Below are positions 13,201-26,935 of a stretch of DNA of 64,000 nt, piece by piece. Where the stretch lies: contig NC_068985.1 of assembly GCF_001194135.2 (NCBI RefSeq), positions 24,698,773 to 24,762,772 on the forward strand, in the 5' to 3' direction. The stretch is from Octopus bimaculoides. Taxonomy: Eukaryota. The notes below the pieces were generated by a model. It did not search any database, was not told the DNA's origin, and saw nothing but the letters and a program-made list of their open reading frames with translations. Within the stretch, counting starts at the first letter, position 1. Each line of letters opens with the position of its first letter. The position numbers and the translations under genes were made by a program.

Positions 13201-16200
13201 TGGATGTGTGTGTGCAGATGCTAAATCTACATTAAACCTTGAGTGTCTTGAAAAATGTGTTATTCATAATTTTGTAAAACACAAGTAGGATTCATAAAGG
13301 ATTTTCTATATTTTTTAAAATAATTTTTTAAACTTTAAAACAATTTTTAAAATTTCCCAAGTGAAATGAAAGTAATTTTTATGTTTAATCTCCAATGCGT
13401 TACAAAGTCAAAAAGATATACAGAACCACTGATTTAGTGTGTGTTCCAACAATAGTTTCCAATACTGTTCTATAGATTTCATATCTCCTTATGATATTCA
13501 TAAACACAGCATATTTAAATCAACTACAGAGCTTCTATACTGTCATTTAATATGTTCCATACAGCAACCCAATCTCTTTATTGTCTTTGTTCCTATTTTG
13601 AAACTGCTGCTCTTCATTTTCAACAATGTTTTATTGAGTCCTCCCCACATGTTTTTTATATGGCAAACATACATTTAAAAATGGCATATCTTAAAATGAG
13701 TTAATGTATGATCCCACAACATATTGCTGTAGTAACTTCAACTGTATCCTTTCCCACAGATGAGACAGCCATAGTAGGAGACCCTGATTAAACACATAGA
13801 TCTTTTGATTCTCCCCCCAACTTAATGAAGCTTATGTTGTCAAAACTACTTAACAGTGACAAGATTATGGTAATCTATCATTTAAATATTTAGCATTTAT
13901 AATTATAAAACAATGTTAACTTCTACCTTATTATAATGTTTACAACAGCCTGTTTCATTTACCTTAATATAACTGCCAGGGCAACATTTTTTTCCATAAC
14001 GTAAATTATTTACACATTTTATCATTTGCTGATTTTAAACAGAAGATTTAACACAAAACCTTTTTATACTCCTATAACCCTATTGATTTGTTTGGGCATC
14101 AATCAAACTTCAGGAAGGATAGGTGATCTTTTTTTCAAGGGAACGGTATGTGAAGCCATGCAAACTGCAGCCATAGGAGAGATGAGTATTGTTCAACCAC
14201 TGGTCACAATGTGCTTCCAATTCTGTTTTGATTGAGATACTCTTTTCCATCTTGATCCAAATTACCAATGGGAATACAAATACAGTTTATAAATCATCAA
14301 ACAACTTTGTGGCAGCAAGATCTGCCAGTTTTCTCCCAACAGAGACAAAGATGGCACTATAATAACAAATAAACAAAATCAAGTAGAAGGACAAGTCCAA
14401 CACTTCTAGGAAGTGATAAACTATCTTCAGCCAAACAAGCTCGCTAACTCTCGACCAACAGTAGATGTGCTTAGCATCAACATTAGTCTATCTATTGGGT
14501 CATCTCTTAAATAATGCGTTTTTTTTTCAATTGCATGAACTAAAAGTCAGAGGGGGACAGGATAAACTACCTGCATCAACTTACTATAAAAGCAGGTAGT
14601 AATTTTACCTTGTCCTTGTTCTTAGTGCAAGTTTGTGTTGGTCTTATTATGACCTTATCAGCAAAGCGTATACTTTACTGTACTTGCTAAAGAACCAATG
14701 AATGAATCATTATGCAAATGTAGAAGATTGTACACTGGGTGGTATAGGAAAATAGAATTGTTTTATCTTTTACTTGCTTCAGTCATTGGACTGTGGCTAT
14801 ACTGGAGCACCACCTTGAAGGGTTTAGTCAAGCAAATCAATGCCTGTTTATACTTTTTTAAGCCTGGTAGATATTCTATCAGTTGCTTTTAATGAACTTC
14901 TAGGTTACTGGGACGTAAACAAACCAGTACTGGCTGTCAAGCAGGGGAGGGGAAAACACAATCACAGTCATACACATACACACACGATGGGCTTCTTTGA
15001 GTTTCTGTCTACCTAGTCCACTCACAAGACTTTGGTCAGCCTGGGGCTATAAAAGAAGACACTTGTCCAAGGTGCCACACAGTGGGACTGAACCCAAGAC
15101 CACATGGTTGGGAAGCAAGTTCTTTAACCACACGGCCACATCCACACCTGTATAGAAAATATTTCGTTCAAAGATCTGGTGTACATAATACAGTTCTTCA
15201 AGAATAGATTCACATCATCTTTTGTCATTTATTTCAAAATAAAATTACAGTGAACAAACAATAAAATTCAAGATAGTTGACTTCATCTGATGAGGATTTT
15301 TAAGCCCGACCTGCTCATAAAAGCAAACATCACTCAATATTGAATATGGAAAAAATATTATTTTTAAAAATAAAGAAATTGATATATCATTCAATAAAAG
15401 GCTATCAGAAAACTTCACTCAAGAACCCATAAATAGGACATTGCGTGCATGTCAAAGTGCACAAGTTAAATAAATTAAGATACTTGGCTATTATCTAAAT
15501 ATTATGTGTTCATATCTATCTACATGCTCTAGAGTGTTTGCTAAGTTAAAAATATCTCTATAATCAATTTGTATAGCAGCTTAATTGCATAGCTAAACAT
15601 TAGCAATAAACTTAAATCTTCGTTACCTCCCTTCTAATTCTAATGAACAATAGTTTATACAAATAATTTGAGAAGGAAATTTGAAATTTAAATAGCAAAC
15701 AATTTCATATAATACACTATTATGTGAATTTATGTATGAGGTCATAAGATAAGTGAGGAACAGATGAGTTGAATGAAAGGAAAAAGAAACAGATGTTGAA
15801 TGCTTTTAAAAGATTTCTATGGAGAAACAGGTAACAATAAAAGCAAACATTACTGAAGACATATTAAATGACAGTATAGAAGCTCTGTAGTTGATTTAAA
15901 TATGCTGTGTTTATGAATATCATAAGGAGATATGAAATCTATAGATATAAAGGTTTAAATTTGAAATACAGTTAGCTGTAAGAGTAAGGAATAACAAACA
16001 GAAGAGCAGAGAGAATGTCAACGAAGGAACAGTAAACTATTAATAGATAAAGAGAGAGAAAAATAAGGTGATATTGCATAAAGAGAATATCAGTATAAAA
16101 ACTGTGATGTAGTGATGCAAGCAGATGAAAGATGCAGTTAGAAAATTGCCTTGAAAGATATATAAATAGAATAGGCAAAGAAAAGAAGTAACAGTAGAAA

Positions 16201-17885
16201 GATCAGCATTGATTTAAGAACTAAAATCTATCTCTCACATGGCCAAAAATGTTGGTTTGTTATATGAGAAATATTCATGATTTTCAAATAAAATCATGAA
16301 GTCTTTTGATTCACTCTCCATAAATTATCCAAGGAACAATCAGTTCTCTTCTAACAGTGGACTATGGTACCTTAGAACTCACTACAATGAGAACCATAAA
16401 TAACTTAACCATAAAGCCAAAATATTTAAAACCAATCTCCCTACTTGACTAGTAGTTTAGTTTTTATTCTTTCTGTGGTCAAATAAACTAGAGACTTGGC
16501 AGAATTTGAACTGGTAACTCACTGGCAGACTATAACATTAATCACACATCTCAGTAACACACACATTTATATCACATACTAAAAACTTAAATTTTAAGTT
16601 TTTTTTCTTATTCTTTAAATCCTCAAAAATAAAAGTTCATAATTTCTTTGCTTTATTCCTAATATAATTTTTAAACTGTTTTTTATTCATTTTTGATCTG
16701 TTTCATAACAGAAAATATAAAATTGGGATAAACAGGTAAAACATTGGCTCCTTAATTAGACAATGATTTGGATGAAGTTCAGAAAATGAAAAGGTCATTT
16801 TGAAATGCACGAGAAAATATGTTAATCTCTCATCTCACAGTTGAGTGGGTCATTCTTGGATGGACCTCTAGCAGTGCAATACAGGGTCCAACAAATACTG
16901 CATGCAAATATCCAAATTTTCAAAACTATCTAACTAATGCTGGTAAAGGGTATAGAAAAGGGTAAACAGATATTAAATTATCAATAAAAAAGTATTTAAA
17001 TTTTTGACATTCAAACAAACTGAATCTTATTTATATGCACCCCTCAAGTATCCTTCAAATGTTGGGCAATATGCTAAGCTTGAGAAGACCTGTCAAACCA
17101 AGTGAAATCATAGTTGTGGCCAATACCAGTGTCGTCTGACTGGCACCCATGCCAGTGACATGTAAAAAGCACCATTCAAGTATTGGGCCTCATGGAGACA
17201 GTAACATGTGACCAAGTCCTTTGGCAATACACCGTGCTTGTGTAGACCTGTCAAGCCAAGTGAGATCGTAGCAGTGGCCAATGCCAGTGTCACGTCAATG
17301 GCACCCGTGAAGAGCATCTAGATGTAGAAACTTTACCAAATCAGATTGGAACCTGGTGCAGCTCCCCAGCTTACCAGTTTTCAGTTGAACCATCCAACCC
17401 ATACCAGTGTGGAAAGTGGATATTAAACGGTGGATGTTAAACTCTGAGTAACAGCTTTTGTTATATTTCTGCTGCTTTTAAATAAAGCATATTACTCTAC
17501 CTCTGGTATTTGAGTACTCTTTTTTCCACCTTGGTTCACATTTATGTGCTTACTCCGGTATATCAAATTTCTCTATTAGGATATCCCTAAATCTATGACC
17601 ATATGAAGGGTGCTTAAGCTTCCAAGTCCTTCTTTTCCAGATTGGTTTGCTTCTTAGCATCCTTCTGGTTGTGCGTCTAAAGTCACTAATTACTAGTCTA
17701 TGCTGGGGGGGTTCATTCTTCACAAGTGAGGGTCTTTGCATTTAGGAGCAACCATGCATCCCGCTGTCTGGTGAAAATGTAATCGATACAGCTAGCATAG
17801 TCACCTAATTGGTAGCTTATCAGGTGGCTGGCTGGCTTCCTGAAGTTGGTGTTGCAGATAAATAGGTTAATCGCATCACAGAACT

Positions 17886-17921
<36 letters not shown>

Positions 17922-18165
17922 TCATCATCATCATTGTTTAATGTCCGCTTTCCATGCTAGCATGGGTTGGACGATTTGACTGGGGACTGGTGAAACCGGA
18001 TGGCAACACCAGGCTCCAGTCTGATTTGGCAGAGTTTCTACAGCTGGATGCCCTTCCTAACGCCAAAATCATCATCATCATTGTTTAATGTCCGCTTTCC
18101 ATGCTAGCAGGGGTTGGACGATTTGACTGAGGACTGGTGAACCGGATGACTGCACCAGGCTCCAA

Positions 18166-18200
<35 letters not shown>

Positions 18201-18897
18201 CATATAATATAATTTTTCGACCAATTTTTATGAAGGCAAAGCAGAGCTACAGCCCAGTATGCTTTAGATATTTTATTAAGACTGTATGTACTGAAAAAGA
18301 AAAGGTATCAATCAGTGCATAAAGAATGATACTAAAACCAGTCACTAGCATCTCTGCTAGTCTATCTCATACTTCTCATTAAAAAATAATTTCAAGGTAA
18401 CTTCCATGATAACATGCGAGTTTTTAAATTTGACATTTGAAATTTCAATAAATTTTCACTACTACATGCTATGCTACTTGGTCTATAAGTTATTATAATA
18501 AAGCAGAATAAAACTGGAGACAAATTCAGCTTCTGTTTTATTGAATCTTTGTTTTTAAAACTATTTTAGGGCCTGATTTTCTTCATTGGAGTCATAAGTA
18601 ATTTAGAGTTTATCTCTAAAATTGCAGCATTAGTTATTTTATCACCATTGAAATAATTTACAGCTGAGAAGTACAGAACTGCTACATTATGTTAGGTATC
18701 TTATGCAGTGTTGAGAAATAGAAAGTGCATTGAACGTGTGCAGGGGAAGAAAAATGTGTAGATCGGATATAAAGAAGAAACAGAAGAAAAATAGACCTAG
18801 ACATTCTGTTTTCTAGGTATTTTTATTGAACTGTTTGATTCTTTAAGCCAGTGGTTTCCAAATTGTTTTTTGCTCACATACATACATACATACATAT

Positions 18898-18976
<79 letters not shown>

Positions 18977-21062
18977 CACACACACACACACATATACATA
19001 ACTTTAGACTAAAATAAAAATATCTTACTACACTTAGTGCTTAAATTCAGAAAATGTATTAAAAATGATTCTTTTTTCATAACATTTTAGCATATAAATA
19101 TGGTTTTAAATTTGGAGACAGGGTCAGCACTTTTAGTGGGAGGGTGTTAATCAATTACACTGACCCCAGTACTTCACTGGTACTTTATCTTATCAACCCC
19201 ATAAAGATGAAAGGTGAAGTTGACCTCAGTAGGACTTGAACTCAGAATATAAGGAATCAGAAGAAATACCACTAAGCATTTTGTCCAAGATGCTAACAAT
19301 TCTGCCACCTCTTAAACTACAGAAATTTATTAAATGCTCAACGTTTTATTATTCAATTTAATCAATGAGATGTGTTAGGACAATGTTTCAACATATTTAC
19401 GATAAACATGCTCTTATTTCATCATCATTTCAATTAATCATTTCCCCACAGCTCAGCATCTCATGTTAGTGAGTTAAGAAAAGATTATATATTTAGAATT
19501 TCAGTTCATATTTTTCACATTTTCAAAAATAGAATTTAATTGTTGCTGCAGAACACCTTGGTAGGCCTAATGGTATGCCATAAGGTACCATTTGGAAACC
19601 ACTGTTCAAAGCCTTTAAATTGCACCAAAATATTGTTTTTTGTTTGTTTTTTTAACAAGACACAAGGCCAAAATTTGTAAAGGAGAAAAGAGAGTATAGT
19701 TAACTGAATCAACCCTCAGGTATACTATTGCACTTACTTAAAGAAGGCAATCTTACCTTTCATATTGACACCAGTTTTGAGCAAATATCCTTCATAGTTG
19801 ACCCCGTTGCGTTTGGAAGACAATGCTAACTGTAATTAATGAAAAAGTAGGTATATATGACTTAAAACATTCCACATACATTTCAGTAATACTAATGATA
19901 GAAAATAAAAAGACTTTAACCCTTTAACATTTAAACCAGTCATATCTGGCCAAAATATTCTGCCTCTCTTTTATGTCGAAACTGGCCAGATCTGGCCCCT
20001 CACACCTTCTATACAATGCTATTCTAAAAAAAAGCAATAGCATCAAAAAAATTTTGATACTCTTTTACTCTTTTACTTGTTTCAGTCATTTGACTGTGGC
20101 CATGCTGGAGCACCGCCTTTAGTCAAGTAAATCGACCCCAGGACTTATTCTTTGTAAGCCTAGTACTTATTCGATCGGTCTCTTTTTGCCGAACCGCTAA
20201 GTTACGGGAATGTAAACACACCACCATCGGTTGTCAAGCGATGTTGGAGGGACAAACATACACACACACACATATATATATATATTTATATACGATGGGC
20301 TTCTTTCAGTTTCGGTCTACCAAATCCACTCACAAGGCTTTGGTCGGCCCGAGATTATAGTAGAAGACACTTGCCCAAGGTGCCACGCAGTGAGACTGAA
20401 CCCAGAACCATGTGGTTCGTAAGCAAGCTACTTACCACACAGCCACTCCTACGCCTGATTAATTCAAAACAATGTGAATAAATATGCATTACATTTGACA
20501 AAGTAACCTGAATACTAAACAGTTAAATGACTAACATAAAATGTTACATTTTACTATTGACCATACATATTTGGTTTCAAATTTTGGCACAAGGCTGGCC
20601 AACTTTGTGGGGAGTTGGGTAAGCCAATTACATCAACCCCAGTATTCAACTGGTACTTATTTTATCAACGCAAGAAGGAAGACAGGCAAAGTCAACCACT
20701 GCAGAATTTGAATTCAGAACATAAAGGCAGATGACATGCTGCTAAGCCCAGGGCACTATCAATTCTTCCAACGGCATTCTGTCTGTCATTATGTTTTGAG
20801 TTCAAATCCCACCAAGGCTGATTCTGCCTTTCATCCTTTCATGATAAATAAAATAAGGGGTTAACATAACTGATTTACCCCCAATTGCTGGCCTTGTGCC
20901 AAAATTTGAAACCAATATATAATTTTTTTTCTAAGAATTGGAAATATTTATCTTGCATCTTTTACATGTTTCAGCTACTGGACTGCAGCCATGCTGGGGC
21001 ACTGCCTCGCAGGAATTGGTAAAACAAATCAACCCTGGTTCTCAAGCAGTGATGAAGACAAA

Positions 21063-21105
<43 letters not shown>

Positions 21106-21760
21106 NNNNNNNNNNNNNNNNNNNNNNNNNNNNNNNNNNNNNNNNNNNNNNNNNNNNNNNNNNNNNNNNNNNNNNNNNNNNNNNNNNNNNNNNNNNNNNN
21201 NNNNNNNNNNNNNNNNNNNNNNNNNNNNNNNNNNNNNNNNNNNNNNNNNNNNNNNNNNNNNNNNNNNNNNNNNNNNNNNNNNNNNNNNNNNNNNNNNNNN
21301 NNNNNNNNNNNNNNNNNNNNNNNNNNNNNNNNNNNNNNNNNNNNNNNNNNNNNNNNNNNNNNNNNNNNNNNNNNNNNNNNNNNNNNNNNNNNNNNNNNNN
21401 NNNNNNNNNNNNNNNNNNNNNNNNNNNNNNNNNNNNNNNNNNNNNNNNNNNNNNNNNNNNNNNNNNNNNNNNNNNNNNNNNNNNNNNNNNNNNNNNNNNN
21501 NNNNNNNNNNNNNNNNNNNNNNNNNNNNNNNNNNNNNNNNNNNNNNNNNNNNNNNNNNNNNNNNNNNNNNNNNNNNNNNNNNNNNNNNNNNNNNNNNNNN
21601 NNNNNNNNNNNNNNNNNNNNNNNNNNNNNNNNNNNNNNNNNNNNNNNNNNNNNNNNNNNNNNNNNNNNNNNNNNNNNNNNNNNNNNNNNNNNNNNNNNNN
21701 NNNNNNNNNNNNNNNNNNNNNNNNNNNNNNNNNNNNNNNNNNNNNNNNNNNNNNNNNNNN

Positions 21761-21796
<36 letters not shown>

Positions 21797-23878
21797 GATG
21801 AGGGAAATGAAAAATGGATTTGGTATGAATTTTTATTGAACACGACAATCATTTTGACTCGTCTTGCAGCTGTCTCTTATGGGTATTGCGCATCTAGTTG
21901 TGTTGCATCAATCAATGCAGTCTGTATTACCTCAGGTGTTTGGTGTAAAAAGATATCCTGTTACATATACTGAATTCCACTTGGCATGTTGTATTCGCTT
22001 GTAGTATGTGAGTACACTGACATAGATCCAGTGAAAACTATACCTGACATCAGGTAGCCTAAAGAGTGAATATGCTTTGACTGATATACTACTAGACATA
22101 TACCCGAGTCCAAATAATTACTGTGTATATGTATATATGTGTATATANNNNNNNNNNATTATATCTCAAATTAAAATAATGAATGATTCAAATTATACTA
22201 AAAGAAGGTCAAAGGCAAGACATATTTTGTTTCTTTATTTCATATGCAAATTTGGCAATATAAATACCCACCCCACTGACAATTTCTTTGAAGCCTATTG
22301 GGATATGCTCACTTGGAAACCTAACTATGCAGCCTATTGAAGACAGCCACATTCTCAAATATCCTCAATATAAAAATCCTTCTTGCCTACCTACAGCGCA
22401 AAAGCAACTATCAGGCAGAGTGGTCAATAGCCGTCAAAAGAAGTATTGTCAAACAAGTTTTTCATCATCAAATTGGTGTATAATCTTTTTATATATTCAA
22501 CTCCTCTAAAGAAACATTATCTTTCCAGTAATATAAAAAATTCAATTACAGTATTTTTTGGTATACAAACTGAATTTTTCAAACCAGAATTTACAGCCCA
22601 AAACATAGTTTGTAGGTCAAGATAACTTTGGAGAGCCAAACATTCCATGTGAAATGCATCAGGATCTGAAAAAGAGGTGATGTTGTTTCCATGTTTACAC
22701 TACATATTTTATACTATATACCAGTTATATGCCAGAAAATACAGTACTCTTTACTCTTTTACTGCACAAAGTAGTAGTAGTAATAGTAGTGGTAGTAGTC
22801 GTTGTTGTTGTTGTTATGGTGGTGGTGGTGGTGGTGGTGGTGGCAGCAGCAGTGTTGTTTCAGAAATTCTGTCTTATATGAAATTTAACAGTGTCTATTA
22901 CTGTTGAATAGTTTCTTTAGTTATCTTTCTCTATAAACCTAATTAGTTTCAATGAGCAATCATAAATAAAGAACATACATATATATATATTTAAAAGTGT
23001 TTACCTCATCGCCTGATTCCTGTTGTGAACTCATCTTTCCTGAAAAAAGTTTGAAAAAAAAAAAAAAGATTTTTAAAAAAATTAGAATTTGAAACAAATA
23101 AAAACACTGACGATGAAACTTAGTTTATTACTTGTCCCAAATTAAATACTAAATATGTTTGTTTTGCAATTTTAACTGCTGCTTTACTCTCAATAAATAT
23201 TTCGCTTTAAAAATATTTCTGAAGAATGAAATTATTTTAAAGACAAATTATGCAAATTTCACAAAATTTCACACAAAATACCAAGGCTAAATTAAGTGAT
23301 AGGATTATGCATCATTACCATCATGTTCTTGTGACTGGTGCAGCTTGAAAACATGCTAAATCTTGATGCTTTGGCACTCACCAACTGCCTCTGATCTTTG
23401 TCACATTGGGTGATGTATGTGCATGTACACATACTCTACGCATTTGTAGCAAGTGCTATTTTGATACTGTTATCAAACTTGATTATGTTATGATGGATAT
23501 ATCTGAATATATCTTTATCTCTAACTTAACAAGGATGTGTTATTAGAACATTGAATACGGCATTATTAGCCTCGAGAGACCTTCTCATACAGGAACTTGG
23601 TGCATAAAAGCACACACACAAATCATAGCCGACAGGAAGCATCTGTTATGGGGGAGCTGTAATTCATATCACATGATTTTAGTCTATTGGACCTCATCAG
23701 TGGGAGGTGTCAATGATCGTATTCCAGGAAAACAGCAGAAAGATTGGGTATTTTGCCCTTATATGATGGAAAAAGTTGTCTGCTGACAACATTTTCCATC
23801 ATGTATGGGTAAAATATCCAATCTTTCTGCTGTTTTCATGGCTATACTGCGTTCGAAATATTACTATCTTGTCTGTAT

Positions 23879-23912
<34 letters not shown>

Positions 23913-24188
23913 TGAGCGAGGTCATTGCCAGTGCTGCTGGACTGACTCCTGTGTAGGTGGCACGTAAAAAACACCATTTGAGCGTGGCCGTTGCCAGTAC
24001 CGCCGGACTGGCCCTCGTGCCGGTGGCACGTAGAAGTACCCACTACACTCTCAGAGTGGTTGGCGTTAGCAGAGGCATCCAGCTGTAGAAACTCTGCCAG
24101 ATCAGATTGGAGCCTGGTGCAGCCATTCGGTTCACCAGTCCTCAGTCAAATCGTCCAACCCATGCTAGCATGGAAGACGGACGTTTAC

Positions 24189-24219
<31 letters not shown>

Positions 24220-25022
24220 CCCATCAGATATTTGCTCAAAAGCCAAGTATGGAGCCAATGAACCACTATATATGCATATACACACAAATATTTCATTTGT
24301 AAATAACTTACTTTCACACTGGTTCTGAAGAAGAAATTCCTGCAAACAGAAAAAAAATGAACATTCAGAAATGGAATCAAAGTTAACTTGATTCAATATA
24401 CAACAGGTTAAATGGAAACAAACATAGTTAAGTGTTGATCAGCCAAAATTGTTTATAAAAAGAATTAAACTATAACAAAATATAGAAAGAAACAATCATC
24501 TCTAATAGTTTAGTGGAATATATTTTATGCTATCAAGAAAGAGAGAGAGGAGAAATGACAAGTGAAAAAGATGTGCTTAGCTGATTAAGACCTCATCAAG
24601 TAATCTCAAATCAAGAGATATTCCAGCCATGACAATCCAGGACGGTGACAAGTACAATGAGAGATTAAACTGCAGTTTCTAGCATATCAAATGACCTCAC
24701 AGCAGTTTTGTTGTTTGTAGCTATACATGCATTTGTGGGTGTATGCATCTCTGTGTGCATGTATGTATGCTTGTGTATGCAGATAAGTGTGCATAAACAT
24801 GTAAATATGTGTGAACGTATGCATATACATAGGTACGTGTATGTATGCGCATATAGTGCATATATGTGTGTGTATGAGTTTGCAGGTAGGTGTGCATGTA
24901 TATATCAAAATGTATACGTGTGATGGGTAGAGAGGGCTATTACGTGTGTGTGAAGACACTTGTATAATTTTGTCTGCATTGTTTGTTTATAGACACAGGT
25001 ATGCCTCCTTGTATTTATATCT

Positions 25023-25064
<42 letters not shown>

Positions 25065-26902
25065 GAGTGAATACCTGAATAATGTTTCCCTCCTCTTCTT
25101 TCTCAACAGTTTTCATATCTATTGATATTCTTATTTTCTTCTGAATCTGACCATGCGCACCTCTTCTACTAAACCTCATCCCATCCTTCTCTTTTCTCTC
25201 TCTTTCCCTCCCACCTTCCCTCTAATCCCAGTTTACATTTCCTTTGGCACCACTTAACTTTTCTTAAGAATGCTCATTCTCAAGGAATAATAATTATTCC
25301 ATTGTCTAAACCATTTCACTGTTAAAATGTATTCCACGATGAAGATGGTAAAATTATTTCACCAACACAACATCACTAGTTTACTCAAATTCAGCTGTTT
25401 AACTATACTATCACTAATATTTAAGAGTGTTACTGGAAGGTCAATGACCTTATTCATGTTTACTGCAACATTCATAAACAACATTATTAACTCCAAAAAA
25501 CAAATACTGACTTGTCTATGAATTACATGATCGTAATAATAATAATAATAATAGGGGAATGTCATGGCCAATGGGGGAGCGTCATGGTAATAGGGGAGCG
25601 TCATGGCCATGTGTTGAAAGGAATTTTGGAGGGTTTGGATAATTCACCTTTGGAAACATGGGTGTTTTGTTCAACATCTTTAAACAACTCTTATTTAGGG
25701 ACCTTTTGAGTGAGATGGGCTACTCGACCTGAAGAAAATTCTAACTGGGTCCCACCTGCAAAGTCATGCGCTATTTATCTTCATATGCGATCATCATGTT
25801 GTGCACATATGGTTGTGATGCATGTGCCTGGTGTACCCTTCTCAGACAGGTAGTCATGATGCATATATTGGGCTTCGTATATTTGTACCCCAGTGTCACT
25901 TTGATGGCATACACTGCTCTTTCACACAATAATAATAATAATTCTGTTCTGCACATTGGTTCCCACGTAATAAAGCTCACACGTTAGCATTGAAGGAGAA
26001 TTTCTGTACTTCATTCCATAGGTGTGAAGACTTAATGCATGCTTTCATTTCATCAGATCTTGTTCCTCTCAGAATGACTGGTAATTTCTGTCTGAAGTCT
26101 CCTGACAAAACTAATGTAACTCCTCCCATAGATTTATTGTTGCCGCTTATGTCCTTAATTATAATATTGCTACCAAAGGAGGTCATTTGGAAAGCAGAAT
26201 TATAATCTCTAATGTTTTTCAAGAAATGCATGCTCCTTGGTGTGTTTCCCAAAAGCAATGCCTTCAAAGTATCTGTGGGTTTACCAAACGTCAGTAAAAT
26301 AACCGTCCCTGCATCACAGCACATACTCGTGTTTTCTCTTTCTCATTTCTTTCTTTTAAGAAAACTGCACTCTTTTGACATTACTCCAATATCAATCAAT
26401 TTCTCTGTAGAATAATCATGTTTTGGGTCATAGTTGAAAGCTGATCTTTTCCAAGTCTCCTTAAAAGGTGCAACTCCTTTGTCAAACATATTCAGACTAT
26501 CTTGATCAAAATGCTTACGTCTTTCCTCTGAAGATTGGCGAAGTCTTGCAAGCAACTGTTTGCTCCTGGTTTTTTTCTTTGTCTCATCCCTCACTGACCT
26601 ATTGTCTCATAGGCAACTCTGGCAGTTTTTCTTTGTCTTGTATCCTTTAATTGTTTTTCTCTTTCCTGCAGATTGCATTTTGTTGACGTAATTGTTCTAA
26701 CCATTTTCCCCTTGTCTCTTGTGACTCATTGGCCCTGTGCGCAACAGCTTGCCTTTGGTCATTTTCATGTGTTTGCTGTCATTGTATGTCTCTGCATAAT
26801 GTAGTGGGTGCTTTTTACGTGCCATTGACATGACACTGGCTTCGGCCACGACTATGATCTCACTTGGCTTGACAGGTCTACATAAGCACGGTATATCACC
26901 AA

Positions 26903-26935
<33 letters not shown>

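Noticed and set aside
15287-15315. CTGATGAG motif as a hammerhead
   Set aside because: No convincing stem II or GAAA box follows.
20380-20456. tRNA-like sequences with A/B boxes as tRNA genes
   Set aside because: They are SINE heads joined to repeat bodies; no full cloverleaf.
20938-21973. Long ORFs of 267-301 aa
   Set aside because: Artifacts of translating N gaps and (TG)/(TA) repeats.
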